From an uncultured Gemmatimonadales bacterium (GTDB taxonomy: Bacteria > Gemmatimonadota > Gemmatimonadetes > Gemmatimonadales > GWC2-71-9): 64,000 nt of DNA. Under the pieces are notes generated by a model that saw only the letters and a list, made by a program, of their open reading frames with translations, did not search any database and was not told where the DNA came from. The position numbers and the translations under genes are program-made. The stretch covers positions 5,429-69,428 of the forward strand of contig CBFGTM010000013.1 of the NCBI GenBank assembly GCA_965652025.1, given 5' to 3'. Positions 53,217-63,054 of this stretch are shown here, piece by piece; position 1 is the stretch's first letter, and the number at the start of each line of letters is the position of its first letter.

Positions 53217-54316
53217 CTGCCACTGGCCTCAGCACCAGGGTTCAGGTTCGAGAGCTGAGCGGAGGGGAGCTGGATACCTGGGATTCCCTGGTTCGGAGGT
53301 TTCCGAATCACAGGGTGGTCCACACCATGGCCTGGCTGAAATCGCTGGAGTCATCCGGGTTCGGGGAAGCCCGGTTCCTGAGCTTCGAGAAGGACCGGGA
53401 GAGCGTGGGCTGCATACCCGGACTCATGAGCGAAGTGGGCCCCCTGCGGGTGTTCGGCTCCCCCCCACCGGGCAGTCAAACGGTCAGCATGGGGCCTGCA
53501 TTCGACGAGCATAGGGTGACCACGCCGGAACTGATGGATGCACTCACGAACTTCCTCGAGCGGCGGCTCGGTGTGCACCACATGGAGATCGTAAGCCCCG
53601 ACTTGGATCCGGCCACCATGCCGGGGCTGGGATTCCGGGGTGAGCCATGGCCGACCTATCGCACTCGGCTGTTTCCGGCGGACGAAGCCAAAACCCTGAA
53701 GCAGCTCAAGGACTGCGTCCGGCGGAACATCGCCCGCGGGGTGAAGCAGGGCCTCGACGTTCACTTCGAGACCGATGAGAGCTTCGTGAACGAGCACTAC
53801 CGGCAGATCAAAGAAGTGTATCTGCGGAGTGGACACGTGGTGAGTTTCAACCGGCAGCGGGTCCTGCAGTGTTTCCGCCAGCTCCGCAAGTCGGGAAATC
53901 TGGTAGCTGTGTCGGTGTACTTGCCCAACCGGGTCAACATCGCCACGGGGATGTTCACTATCGAGGGGACCGAGCTGCTCCTCTGGACCTGGGGCCAACG
54001 CACCAGATACCGCTGGCACCGGCCAACCGAGCTGATGACGTGGACCGTGATGCAGCGAGCGGTGCGAGAGGGTTGCGAGCGGTTTGACGTCAGCGGGATC
54101 GGCGAGCTCAAGACCAGGTTAGGGGCCGAGCTCGACAGCCGGAGACATCGCTGGATCCGGAGTCGCTACCGGTGGCTCCTCGGCATGAGAGACCTCGCGG
54201 CCAAGAGCTTCCATTGGCAGCAGATGGTGCGAGGCCGGGTGGCACGCCTGAGCCTGCCAGCAGCATTCCAGGGACTGGAGCCAGTCCCCTCCATCCGCGA
54301 TGTACTGCGCAAGTAG
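53213..54316 (+). CDS. FemAB/BioF2-like GNAT-fold acyl- or aminoacyl-transferase
   Basis: 367 aa. WDSLV....H...H..AWLK at the N-terminus and a two-lobed GNAT-like layout. The family call is from memory. ATGA-type overlap with the CapD-like gene. Confidence 0.6.
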   Translation: MTATGLSTRVQVRELSGGELDTWDSLVRRFPNHRVVHTMAWLKSLESSGFGEARFLSFEKDRESVGCIPGLMSEVGPLRVFGSPPPGSQTVSMGPAFDEHRVTTPELMDALTNFLERRLGVHHMEIVSPDLDPATMPGLGFRGEPWPTYRTRLFPADEAKTLKQLKDCVRRNIARGVKQGLDVHFETDESFVNEHYRQIKEVYLRSGHVVSFNRQRVLQCFRQLRKSGNLVAVSVYLPNRVNIATGMFTIEGTELLLWTWGQRTRYRWHRPTELMTWTVMQRAVREGCERFDVSGIGELKTRLGAELDSRRHRWIRSRYRWLLGMRDLAAKSFHWQQMVRGRVARLSLPAAFQGLEPVPSIRDVLRK

Positions 54317-55331
54317 CCCCGGCAGCCGGGAGCTCACTGCCACTCTGCCAGCGGAGTCGAAGCAGAAGGGCGGTCGCAGCTTGCGGATCCTGCTGATCGC
54401 CGAAGAAGCGGCTGGGGTTCAGACCTTACGGATGCTCGCGGGATCGAGCCACGAAGTGGTGGCGGTGATGACCCAGGGCTTGGGCATCGGTGCCATTGGC
54501 GCGACCGTCGCCGGCGTTGCATCTCGGTTGGGCTATCGACTCTGGCCCGTCCAGCGAAGCCGGGAGCCCGGATTTGCCGACGTTATCCGGCAGGAGAAGG
54601 TCGATCTCCTGCTGAACGTGCACACGCGGTATGTCCTTCCGCCGGCAGTGGTCGCGGCTCCGCTCATCGGAAGCTTCAATCTTCATCCCGGCCCGTTGCC
54701 TCGCTACGCGGGGCTCAACGCTCCCAGCTGGGCGATCTACCACGGAGAGCGCACCCATGGGGTTACGGTGCATTGGATGGATCACGGAATTGATACCGGC
54801 CCCATTGCCTTCGCAGCCGAACTGCCGATCGAGGACGACGACACGGGCCTGACCCTGAGCAGTAAGTGCGTCCGGGCGGGCCTGCCCCTGCTCCATGATC
54901 TGCTGCAAGCCGCGTCCCGTGGAGCCGTGCCGCAGCTGGCTCAACCCCTCGGGCCCCGGCGCTACTACGGACAGGAGGTACCTCATCAGGGCCGCTTGAT
55001 CTGGTCCGAGAGCGCGGCGAGGATAGTGAACTTCGTTCGAGCCTGTGACTACGCACCATTTGCCTCACCTTGGGGCGTCCCTCGCGCCTATCTCAGTGGC
55101 CGGGAGGTTGTCCTGCTGAAAGCGGCCCGGACCGGAGATCCGACCGAGGCGGAGCCCGGCACAGTAGGGCGTCCGGTCGGCAGTGAGATGCTGGTGGCCG
55201 CACGGGATGAGTGGGTGAGGGTTCGCCGGGTTCAGATAGGCAGCTCGATCTTTCCTGCGGCGGACGCGCTTCGAGAAGGTGACCGCTTTGCGCTCCCTGC
55301 TTCAGTGGAGGGCTCGCCCGCAGCACGGTAG
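54300..55331 (+). CDS. formyltransferase (Fmt/ArnA-N-like) with C-terminal Fmt-type domain
   Basis: LRILLIAEE.., the SFNLHPGPLPRYAGLN catalytic HPxLLP-like motif, and HWMDHGIDTGPI. The start could be the ATG at 54300 or the TTG at 54381. Confidence 0.85.
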   Translation: MYCASSPGSRELTATLPAESKQKGGRSLRILLIAEEAAGVQTLRMLAGSSHEVVAVMTQGLGIGAIGATVAGVASRLGYRLWPVQRSREPGFADVIRQEKVDLLLNVHTRYVLPPAVVAAPLIGSFNLHPGPLPRYAGLNAPSWAIYHGERTHGVTVHWMDHGIDTGPIAFAAELPIEDDDTGLTLSSKCVRAGLPLLHDLLQAASRGAVPQLAQPLGPRRYYGQEVPHQGRLIWSESAARIVNFVRACDYAPFASPWGVPRAYLSGREVVLLKAARTGDPTEAEPGTVGRPVGSEMLVAARDEWVRVRRVQIGSSIFPAADALREGDRFALPASVEGSPAAR

Positions 55332-55481
55332 TTCCTATCAGGGGCATGGCGTTTGCCCCTCCCAGCGCTGAGATCTGAACCCGCACCGATCCAAATCGTC
55401 ATAGCCTCGGCTTCCCGCCGGGGCCGAGTGCAAAAGCTGGCGTGCTAGGGCAATCACGCGGCACTCGAGCCACATACGCTG

Positions 55482-56282
55482 TTGCGCGGCTTTGGGCTTC
55501 GTTGCTTCCGAGCAACAGCTATCCGAGAAAGGCGAGGCGCCGGAGTGTCATTGAACCGGTTGAGTGGGCAGGGTTTCGAGGCTGCGTTTCACCGGGAAGA
55601 TCAGCCTATTCGCTCTGCGTATGCTGCGCGGAAGGCCGAAGCATCTTACGCCGACTCGCTGGCCGGTCGCTTTCAAATCCAGGAGCGGGAGCGGCATGTG
55701 CTTCAGCTGCTCGACCGCTACGGTCTGATGCCTCTGGCGGGAAAGCGAATCCTCGAGGTTGGGTGCGGCACCGGCAAGTGGCTACGCGATCTGGTTGCTT
55801 GGGGTGCCGACCCGGACCACCTCTTCGGCGTGGAACTGCTCCAGGCCTCGGCCGTTCGAGCCCGCCGCCTCTGCCCCCAAGCGGTGACCATCGAGTGCGG
55901 GAACGCCGCTGAGCTTCGATTCGACGGTGGCTCCTTTGACATCCTGCTTCAGGCGAATGTATTCACCTCGCTCCTGGATGAAGACATGAAGCAGGCGATG
56001 GCGACGGAAATGATTCGCGTGTTGCGGCCGGGTGGGGTGATCGTGTGGTACGACTTCTTCATGAAGAATTCGTGTAACTCTTACGTGCGGCCGGTGACCC
56101 GAACGGACATCCAGCGGCTCTTTCCGGGGTGCTCGATCGACCTCCACCGAATCAGCCTGACGCCGGTGTTGACCCGGCTATTGGCCCCTCGGTCGTGGAC
56201 TCTGTGCTCGATGCTGTCCCGGTTCCCACCCCTTTGCACCCACTATTTGGGCGCCATTCACAGCACCGTGAGCCGCCACTGA
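55482..56282 (+). CDS. class I SAM-dependent methyltransferase
   Basis: Motif I ILEVGCGTGKW and post-I/II FDILLQANVF..LRPGGVIVWYDF. The start is uncertain (TTG 55482 or GTG 55545). Confidence 0.85.
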   Translation: MRGFGLRCFRATAIRERRGAGVSLNRLSGQGFEAAFHREDQPIRSAYAARKAEASYADSLAGRFQIQERERHVLQLLDRYGLMPLAGKRILEVGCGTGKWLRDLVAWGADPDHLFGVELLQASAVRARRLCPQAVTIECGNAAELRFDGGSFDILLQANVFTSLLDEDMKQAMATEMIRVLRPGGVIVWYDFFMKNSCNSYVRPVTRTDIQRLFPGCSIDLHRISLTPVLTRLLAPRSWTLCSMLSRFPPLCTHYLGAIHSTVSRH

Positions 56283-56303
56283 TGGCAATGATGTCGCCCC
56301 AGC

Positions 56304-57674
56304 ATGCCCCCCTCACCGCCGGCTAATCCGTTCGTGCTGCCTCCGGAGACAAAGACGCCCTCCGAGGGGAAACCGTCCGCTGGAAGTCTGCTCCAGCAAC
56401 TCGCGACCGCACTCGAGTCATCCGGCGTGAAGTATTGCCAGTGGAAGGGCCATTGGAGCAGCCACCGATGGAGCACCGGATTCGGCGACGTGGATTTGCT
56501 GGTCGTACGGGGGGAGTTGTCTCGCTTTCGAGCACTGGTGGCAGAGCTGGGCTTCAAGCCGGCCCAGCCGCACGGCCATCGGATGATACCCGGCGTAGAG
56601 AGCTACTTCGGATACGATCCGGCGGTGCCCCGGCTGCTGCACCTTCGCGTGCAGTACCAACTGGTGCTGGGCGATTACTGGAAGCCGGTTTATCGGATCC
56701 CTTTCGAACGGGAGCTACTGGACCGCTCGGTGCCTGGCCAGTTGTTCCGGATTCCCGCTCCAACCGATCAGTTCCTGGTGTTCGTGCTTCGACTGATGCT
56801 GCGGCAAGTGGGACGTCCGCTGCTCTCGCTGCAAACCCGATGGACCACTGGTGTACGCATCCAGCTCGATTCGCTGGAGGCGGGTAGTGACCGCGAGGAG
56901 TTGGCGGCACTCCTGAAGCAGCACCTGAATCTCGATTGCTCGGTGTTCGACCGCTGCGTACGATCGCTTCGGGATGAGTGCGGCAGACTGGAGCGGGCAA
57001 TGTTGCCCTGGCTGATGCATCGCCAGCTGCGGGCGCATGCCCGCCGCCCTCCGGCGGCAGCCGTATTCTCCGCCGCCGCAGAGAAACTGGTCCCGGCATG
57101 GGGGCAGAGTAGCCGCGGAGTCTATCTGAGCAGCGGTGGTTCAGTGTTTGCCCTGATAGGCGGCGAGGGGGCTGGAACCTCCACCGCTTCCCGCGAACTG
57201 GTCCGCTGGTTGGCACCGGCGTTTCCGACCATGCGCGCCGATCTGGGGAATCCGCCGAGATCGCTCACGACGCTGGTGGTCGGTGCAGCTCTCGAGCTCC
57301 AGCACCGGATTGCACGACGGCTGAAGCGACCTCACCGCGCCGGCGGGTTGATCGAACTGCTTCGCCATCTCTGCACTGCGCGAGACCGGCACCGGCTCTA
57401 CCTTCGGGTCCAGCGATTCGCGGCTGCCGGCGGTATCGCCATCTGCGAGGGGTATCCGGTCGAACAGAACCGAGCCCTGGTCGGGCCGGCTATTCCCGGG
57501 TTGCTGAGCGGCCAGATCGAGCCGGCGGCAGCCTGGATGCTGCGGGCCGAGGCCTCGTACTACCAGCGCATTCTCCGTCCCGATGGCATCCACGTGTTGC
57601 GGCTCGATGATGCGGGCCGCCCGTTTCCCGAGATCCTTCAGAGGCTCAAGGCACTTCTCTGGTCCATCCTCTGA
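56304..57674 (+). CDS. fusion of an NTP_transf_5-like (uncharacterised nucleotidyltransferase) domain and a P-loop-kinase-like domain with a degenerate Walker A
   Basis: The N-terminus reads YCQWKGHW....GFGDVDLLV, as I recall for PF14907-type proteins. The C-terminus reads VFALIGGEGAGTSTASRELVRWL, with Thr where Walker A has the conserved Lys. Confidence 0.5.
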   Translation: MPPSPPANPFVLPPETKTPSEGKPSAGSLLQQLATALESSGVKYCQWKGHWSSHRWSTGFGDVDLLVVRGELSRFRALVAELGFKPAQPHGHRMIPGVESYFGYDPAVPRLLHLRVQYQLVLGDYWKPVYRIPFERELLDRSVPGQLFRIPAPTDQFLVFVLRLMLRQVGRPLLSLQTRWTTGVRIQLDSLEAGSDREELAALLKQHLNLDCSVFDRCVRSLRDECGRLERAMLPWLMHRQLRAHARRPPAAAVFSAAAEKLVPAWGQSSRGVYLSSGGSVFALIGGEGAGTSTASRELVRWLAPAFPTMRADLGNPPRSLTTLVVGAALELQHRIARRLKRPHRAGGLIELLRHLCTARDRHRLYLRVQRFAAAGGIAICEGYPVEQNRALVGPAIPGLLSGQIEPAAAWMLRAEASYYQRILRPDGIHVLRLDDAGRPFPEILQRLKALLWSIL

Positions 57675-57700
57675 CATCGCTCTCGGGAGAGGCCGAAGCC

Positions 57701-59398
57701 CTACATTGGTGAGCCGCCCCCGCCAACCATCGCGCGCCTGACCAACGGGATAGGCGGCCCGCCGTACGAGAGGAAGCGGTCGTGGAACTCGCGCCAGGCG
57801 TTCCGACCTCCACGATCCTTGGTCCAGTCGTCCCGTAGTTTGCGAACCATCAGCTTGCCCATCGTGTAGTTCAGATAGGCCGGGTCGTAAGTGCCTCGCA
57901 AGGCCTGCTGCCGTGCGGTGCCCGGATCCTGATACGCCTCCCGAAACAGCTTCTCCGACTGAGCCACCGTCATGCCCTTGGTATGGAGCCCGATGGCCGA
58001 GAGGTATCGGGCGTTGCGCAAGAGCGCCTTCATCAACTGACCGATGTGTACCTCCGGATCACCATTCCCGAGGCCGGCGTCCCACATCATCTCTTCGGTG
58101 TAGTGAGCCCATCCCTCGGCAAAGGCATACCCCACAAAGATCCGCCCGAACATCGACCGGGCGCGGTTGGAATGGAGGAAGTTCAGAAAGTGACCCGGCC
58201 AGACCTCGTGCACGCTGGTAAAGAGGAGGTCGGCTGCACCGGGGATGTACGCCAGCTGCTCCGCCCTGGGCCAGGATGGATCGGGTGGGGCGATGTAGTA
58301 GATCGAAGGCAGGCTCTTCTCATAGGGGCCCGGGATGTCGATATAGGCAAAGTTGAACCGCTGATAGGGCGGTGCCTCGTGCACCAGTGCCCGCTCGCTT
58401 CCCGGGATGGAGACCAGGCCCCGAGACCGCACAAATTCTTCCAGAGTGTCCAGTTGCGCCCGGGCGGCCTCGACCGGGCTCCCCGGCGGCTGGTGCGCAT
58501 TCATCCGCGCGACGCATTGGGCAATCGGCTGTCCCGGCGCATACTTCCCGCAGGCTTCCTTCAGCGCACGAAGATTCCGATCCATGTCTTCCCGACCTAT
58601 CCGTTCCAACTGATCGACGGGGAGGTCTACCCGCTCAGTCATGCGTAGCATCTCGGCAAAGCGCTCGGGTCCCAACGCGTAGTCGTTGGTGCCCTGCTTG
58701 AGTTGCTGGTCGAACCAGGCAGTCAGCTCCAGCAGCGCTTTCACCGCTCCCGCATTCGCGCTGGAAAACTCCCGCCGGACCGCCGGATCCTGCACCGCTC
58801 CGAAAACCTTCGGGACGTCGTTCTTGAGATAACTGGCGAGGCCCGCCGCCCGTCCTTTGCCTATTTCAGCGAACGGCTTCGGCATGGGCGTGTGTAGATT
58901 CGCCTTTGCATTGGCCAGTGCTGCCGGAAGATTCCTAGCATAGCGGGTAAACGCCTGCATGCGCTGAGGCAGGGGGGCGTACTCCCGGGCGATGTAGACA
59001 TTGGGATCAAGCGCTCCGCTGTAGAACTCGGGGTTCCAGTGCGGCAAGTCCGCCCGCTCGAGCCAGAACAGGTCCCGGTCGATCACCGCGATGAGATAAT
59101 CCCGCTCCAGGCCGGCCGCATCGGAGCTGTCAATCGAGAAGGCGGCGGCGCTGTCCCGCAGCTGATGCAAGCGGGTCCTCCACGCCTTCAAGCCGGCATC
59201 GGTCCAGTCGGGAAGCCGCCCGTCGAACTCGTGTCGCCCTTGGTAGACGGCCAACTGGGGATTGGCCTCGAAATAGGTCTCGATGAATGCCGACAGGAAC
59301 CGCGGCCACTCGCCGTCAGACGCGGACTGCTGTCTCCCACAGCCGCTGCAGAGGGCAACAGCGCCAATCATCAGCGATGAACCTGCTAGGCGGAGCAT
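57701..59398 (-). CDS. DUF885-family lipoprotein
   Basis: The ATG at 59398 is preceded by GAGGAG. MLRLAGSSLMIGAVALCSGC is a lipobox. SVHEVWPGHF is the family's HExxPGH motif. Confidence 0.85.
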   Translation of the reverse strand: MLRLAGSSLMIGAVALCSGCGRQQSASDGEWPRFLSAFIETYFEANPQLAVYQGRHEFDGRLPDWTDAGLKAWRTRLHQLRDSAAAFSIDSSDAAGLERDYLIAVIDRDLFWLERADLPHWNPEFYSGALDPNVYIAREYAPLPQRMQAFTRYARNLPAALANAKANLHTPMPKPFAEIGKGRAAGLASYLKNDVPKVFGAVQDPAVRREFSSANAGAVKALLELTAWFDQQLKQGTNDYALGPERFAEMLRMTERVDLPVDQLERIGREDMDRNLRALKEACGKYAPGQPIAQCVARMNAHQPPGSPVEAARAQLDTLEEFVRSRGLVSIPGSERALVHEAPPYQRFNFAYIDIPGPYEKSLPSIYYIAPPDPSWPRAEQLAYIPGAADLLFTSVHEVWPGHFLNFLHSNRARSMFGRIFVGYAFAEGWAHYTEEMMWDAGLGNGDPEVHIGQLMKALLRNARYLSAIGLHTKGMTVAQSEKLFREAYQDPGTARQQALRGTYDPAYLNYTMGKLMVRKLRDDWTKDRGGRNAWREFHDRFLSYGGPPIPLVRRAMVGGGGSPM

Positions 59399-59453
59399 GT
59401 AGTCTCCTCGTTGGCTGTTGCGCCGAGCTGATTTTTCCCGTTTGTTTCGATTG

Positions 59454-61229
59454 ATGCAAGGCACTCCCGTCCCAACGTCTGCTATCGAGCTCGACGCGGC
59501 GCTCCTGCAGGCAGCGATCACGGCCGCCCTGGCGGCGCTCTGCGCCTTTCTCTATAGTCGCTACCGCAAGGCCTACTTTGGCTGGTGGGCTGCTGCCTGG
59601 GGACTCTATCTCCTACGCATAGGCGCCATCACCAGTTTCCTGCTCACGTCGCAGCGCATCTGGCTGTACTGGCACCAGGTCATCACCGGATGGACGGCCC
59701 TTGCTCTGCTCTATGCCGCGCTGGTGTTCTCTCAGCAGGTTCGGTGGCGGAGCTGGTTCGTTCTCCTAGTGCTCTTCCCCCCAATCTGGTCATACGTAGC
59801 CATATATCAGCTCCAGCATTTTCTGTGGGCGGCCGGTCCCGCCGTTCTCTTCCTGAGCTTGGCCACGCTATGGACCAGCGCAGTGTTCATCCGGTACCGC
59901 CGGAAGGTGACCTCCAGCGGCGCAACCCTGCTGGCGGTCTCCTTTGGACTCTGGGGACTGCACCACCTGGACTATCCATTCCTTCGAGCCCGGGGCAGCT
60001 GGGCTCCGTGGGGATACTATCTCGACATTCTGCTGGCGCTGGCGGTCGGCGCCGGAATCCTGCTTCTGGTCCTCGATGATCTTCGCCGCGGGCTCGGCGC
60101 GCTGTCCGCGCTATCGGGCGACCTCCAACGAGCGGGCAGGGAGCAGGACGTGCTCGACGCACTCCTCTCCCGGCCTCTCACGTTGCCGGCGGTGAGTGGG
60201 ACCGCCCTCTATGCGACCGAGGGATCCCCACCACGCCTGATTCGAGGAGCAGGGGTGTGCGCCTCATGGACCGATCAGGGCTTGTTGGCGCCGGCTGCCG
60301 CGGTACTGGAGCGGGTGATTGCGACCGGCCGGCCTCAGGTCACCAGCCAATGGAGCGTGGCCGGGGATAGCGGGTCGGGCTATCCCTACGCGGCCGTGCT
60401 CCCCATTCTCCGGGGGGAGCGGGTGCTGGCCGCCCTGGTATTGGCAGGTCAGGCTCGGGATCCGTTCACCGCCCTGGACGAGAGCTTCCTGGTGGCGCTT
60501 GGCCAGCAGGTCGGCGCGGCGCTGGAGAATGCGGACCTGTACAGCCGGCTGGAGACCCGTACGCTCGAGCTGGCCCGGCTCTCCACCCGGATGGTCGAAC
60601 AACACGAGGAACAACGCCGCCGGCTCTCCCGCGAGTTGCATGACGAGACGGCGCAGGTCTTCTCCGCCGTCAAGATGGAGATCGGCGTTCTCCGGGAGAA
60701 GGTGCCTGCCGAGCAGACGTCGCGTCTGGACCAGGTCCTGGAACTGATCGATACCGGCATCCGAAGCATTCGAAGCGTTACTAACGATCTCCGTCCATCG
60801 CTGCTGGATGACCTCGGTCTGTTGCCCGCACTCCGTTCGCTGGTGGCGGACTTCAGCGAGCGCAGCGGTATCCGGACTGAGTTGGCTGTGCCGGCGGTAA
60901 TGCCGCCGCTCTCCCGTGATGCCGAGCTGGCACTGTTCCGGGCTGTTCAGGAGGCGCTTTCCAACGTGCTCCGGCATGCTGACGCTCGATCAGTGGACAT
61001 CGGGGTCTCCGTGGCGCCCAACGAGGTCCTGCTTCGGGTGAGTGATGACGGCCGGGGACTTCCCGATGGCGTCAACCCGGAACGCCTTGAGTTGCAGGGC
61101 CATATGGGCCTCGCCGGCATGCGGGAGCGCATCACCGCGCTCGGTGGCACGGTTCGCTTGCAACGTCGCAACGGGTCCGGAGCCCTGCTCGAGGTGCGAG
61201 TCCCCGCCACCGTGGCTGGCGGCTCCTGA
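59454..61229 (+). CDS. membrane sensor histidine kinase (multi-TM sensor + GAF + HisKA_3 + HATPase), NarL-partner type
   Basis: About six hydrophobic segments, a GAF-like region, the H-box LSRELHDETAQ, the N-box EALSNVLRHA and the G-box DDGRG..GLAGMRER. Confidence 0.9.
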   Translation: MQGTPVPTSAIELDAALLQAAITAALAALCAFLYSRYRKAYFGWWAAAWGLYLLRIGAITSFLLTSQRIWLYWHQVITGWTALALLYAALVFSQQVRWRSWFVLLVLFPPIWSYVAIYQLQHFLWAAGPAVLFLSLATLWTSAVFIRYRRKVTSSGATLLAVSFGLWGLHHLDYPFLRARGSWAPWGYYLDILLALAVGAGILLLVLDDLRRGLGALSALSGDLQRAGREQDVLDALLSRPLTLPAVSGTALYATEGSPPRLIRGAGVCASWTDQGLLAPAAAVLERVIATGRPQVTSQWSVAGDSGSGYPYAAVLPILRGERVLAALVLAGQARDPFTALDESFLVALGQQVGAALENADLYSRLETRTLELARLSTRMVEQHEEQRRRLSRELHDETAQVFSAVKMEIGVLREKVPAEQTSRLDQVLELIDTGIRSIRSVTNDLRPSLLDDLGLLPALRSLVADFSERSGIRTELAVPAVMPPLSRDAELALFRAVQEALSNVLRHADARSVDIGVSVAPNEVLLRVSDDGRGLPDGVNPERLELQGHMGLAGMRERITALGGTVRLQRRNGSGALLEVRVPATVAGGS

Positions 61230-61879
61230 TGCAAAGGCCGATCCGGGTACTGGTCGCGGACGACCACATGATTGTCCGCAGCGGAATCCGTCACGTGCTC
61301 GAAAGTGAGTCCGGCTTCGAGGTGGTAGGAGAAGCCCAGAGTGGCGGGGAGGCGCTCGCCCTCACTTCAGAGCTGAAGCCCGACGTAGTTGTGCTCGACA
61401 TTTCCATGCCCGACCAGTCGGGACTGGAGGTCGCGGCCCGAATCCGGGAAAACCCGGGAAGCGCGAGGGTCCTGATTCTCAGCATGCACAACAATGCCGA
61501 GTATGTGTTGGAAAGCGTCCGGGCGGGAGCGCACGGGTATCTGCTGAAGGACACCGCCGCAACCGATCTGCGCGAGGCCATTCGGGCGGTCTGCCGGGGA
61601 GAATCCTACTTCAGTCCTCCCGTTGCCAGCCGGCTGAGCGCCGCAGTCCGCGGCGAGCATGAAAGCCTTCACCCCGAGCTGGACCTGCTCACCGGCCGGG
61701 AACGTGACGTGCTTCTGGGTATTGCGCGGGGACGGACCAACAAGGAGATAGCGGCAGAGCTCGGTATCAGCCACCGCACGGTCGAAAGCCATCGCGAAAG
61801 TCTCATGCGAAAGCTGCAGATCCGAACCGTGGCCGAGCTGACCCGCTTTGCGATCGGCGCCGGGATCGTGCCCACTTGA
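61229..61879 (+). CDS. NarL/LuxR-family response regulator
   Basis: IRVLVADDH..VVLDISMPD and the LuxR HTH LTGRERDVLLGIARGRTNKEIAAELGISHRTVESHR. The start overlaps the kinase stop (TGATG). Confidence 0.95.
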   Translation: MQRPIRVLVADDHMIVRSGIRHVLESESGFEVVGEAQSGGEALALTSELKPDVVVLDISMPDQSGLEVAARIRENPGSARVLILSMHNNAEYVLESVRAGAHGYLLKDTAATDLREAIRAVCRGESYFSPPVASRLSAAVRGEHESLHPELDLLTGRERDVLLGIARGRTNKEIAAELGISHRTVESHRESLMRKLQIRTVAELTRFAIGAGIVPT

Positions 61880-61898
61880 CCGTGATTATGTTGCTGCC

Positions 61899-63053
61899 AT
61901 GACCGAGGTCCAGCCCCACTCGCCACCGGCCACGGCTCGCCCGAGCGCCGGCACCAGGCCGAAGACCGGCATCGTCATGCTGAATCTCGGTGGTCCAGCC
62001 ACGCTCGACGATGTGCAGCCCTTTCTGCTCGAGCTCTTTGCCGACCGGGAGATCATCCAGCTGCCGTTCCAGCGGTGGCTCGGCCCCTTCATCGCCCGCC
62101 GTAGAACCCCGAAGGTGCGGGGACTCTACGCCAACATCGGTGGCGGATCACCCATCCTGCGACATACCGAGGCGCAGGGCCGTGGCATGATTGCCCGACT
62201 CGACCGCCTGACTCCCGAAACCGCGCCGCACAAATTTTACGTCGCCTTCAGGTATACCCGTCCCAACAGTGACGATGCCCTGCGCGCCATGCGGGCTGAC
62301 GGAATCGAACGGGCAATCGCCTTCACCCAGTACCCCCAATTCTCCTGCAGTACCACCGGCTCCAGCCTGAACGAGCTATGGCGCGCCGCGGACCGAACCG
62401 GACTCCGGGATGCCTTCCGCTGGAGCATTGTGGATCGCTGGCCGGTACATCCCGGATTCATCGAAGCGATGACCGAGACGGTGCGGGAGGGTCTTCAGCA
62501 GTTCGAGCCGGCGGATCGCGACCGAGTCGTAATCCTGTTCAGCGCCCATTCCTTGCCGCTGGACGTGATCGACCGGGGAGACTCCTATCCCCAGGAGGTA
62601 GGCGCCAGCGTGCAGCGGGTTGTCGAATCCCTCGGCGGGGCCAACCCGTACATCCTGGCCTATCAGTCAGATGTGGGACCGGTGCGATGGCTGGGCCCCA
62701 GCACCGAACAGGTGATTCGCCGGCTAGGGACGAGGGGACACAAGCATCTGCTGGTGGTCCCCATTGCCTTCACCAGTGATCATATCGAGACCCTATCCGA
62801 GCTCGACCGGGAGTATGGAGAGGTGGCCCACGAAGTTGGCGTCACCCATTACGTGCGCGCTCCGGCCTTGAACGACCGGGCCCGCTTCCTGGATGCGTTA
62901 GCCGAAATAGTGCGGGATCATCTTCGGGCTGGAGTACCCTACAGCAGCCAATATCCGCTGCGTTGCGCCGGCTGCACCAATCCGCAATGTAGGAATGTTC
63001 TGAATCCGGTTGGCAGCAATCGCGAGTCGCGGGTCTCCCGTCGCGGATCCTGA
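61899..63053 (+). CDS. hemH: ferrochelatase with C-terminal Cys cluster
   Basis: GIVMLNLGGP, YPQFSCSTTGSS, SAHSLP and FTSDHIETL. The C-terminus reads RCAGCTNPQC. Confidence 0.95.
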   Translation: MTEVQPHSPPATARPSAGTRPKTGIVMLNLGGPATLDDVQPFLLELFADREIIQLPFQRWLGPFIARRRTPKVRGLYANIGGGSPILRHTEAQGRGMIARLDRLTPETAPHKFYVAFRYTRPNSDDALRAMRADGIERAIAFTQYPQFSCSTTGSSLNELWRAADRTGLRDAFRWSIVDRWPVHPGFIEAMTETVREGLQQFEPADRDRVVILFSAHSLPLDVIDRGDSYPQEVGASVQRVVESLGGANPYILAYQSDVGPVRWLGPSTEQVIRRLGTRGHKHLLVVPIAFTSDHIETLSELDREYGEVAHEVGVTHYVRAPALNDRARFLDALAEIVRDHLRAGVPYSSQYPLRCAGCTNPQCRNVLNPVGSNRESRVSRRGS

Positions 63054-63054
63054 A

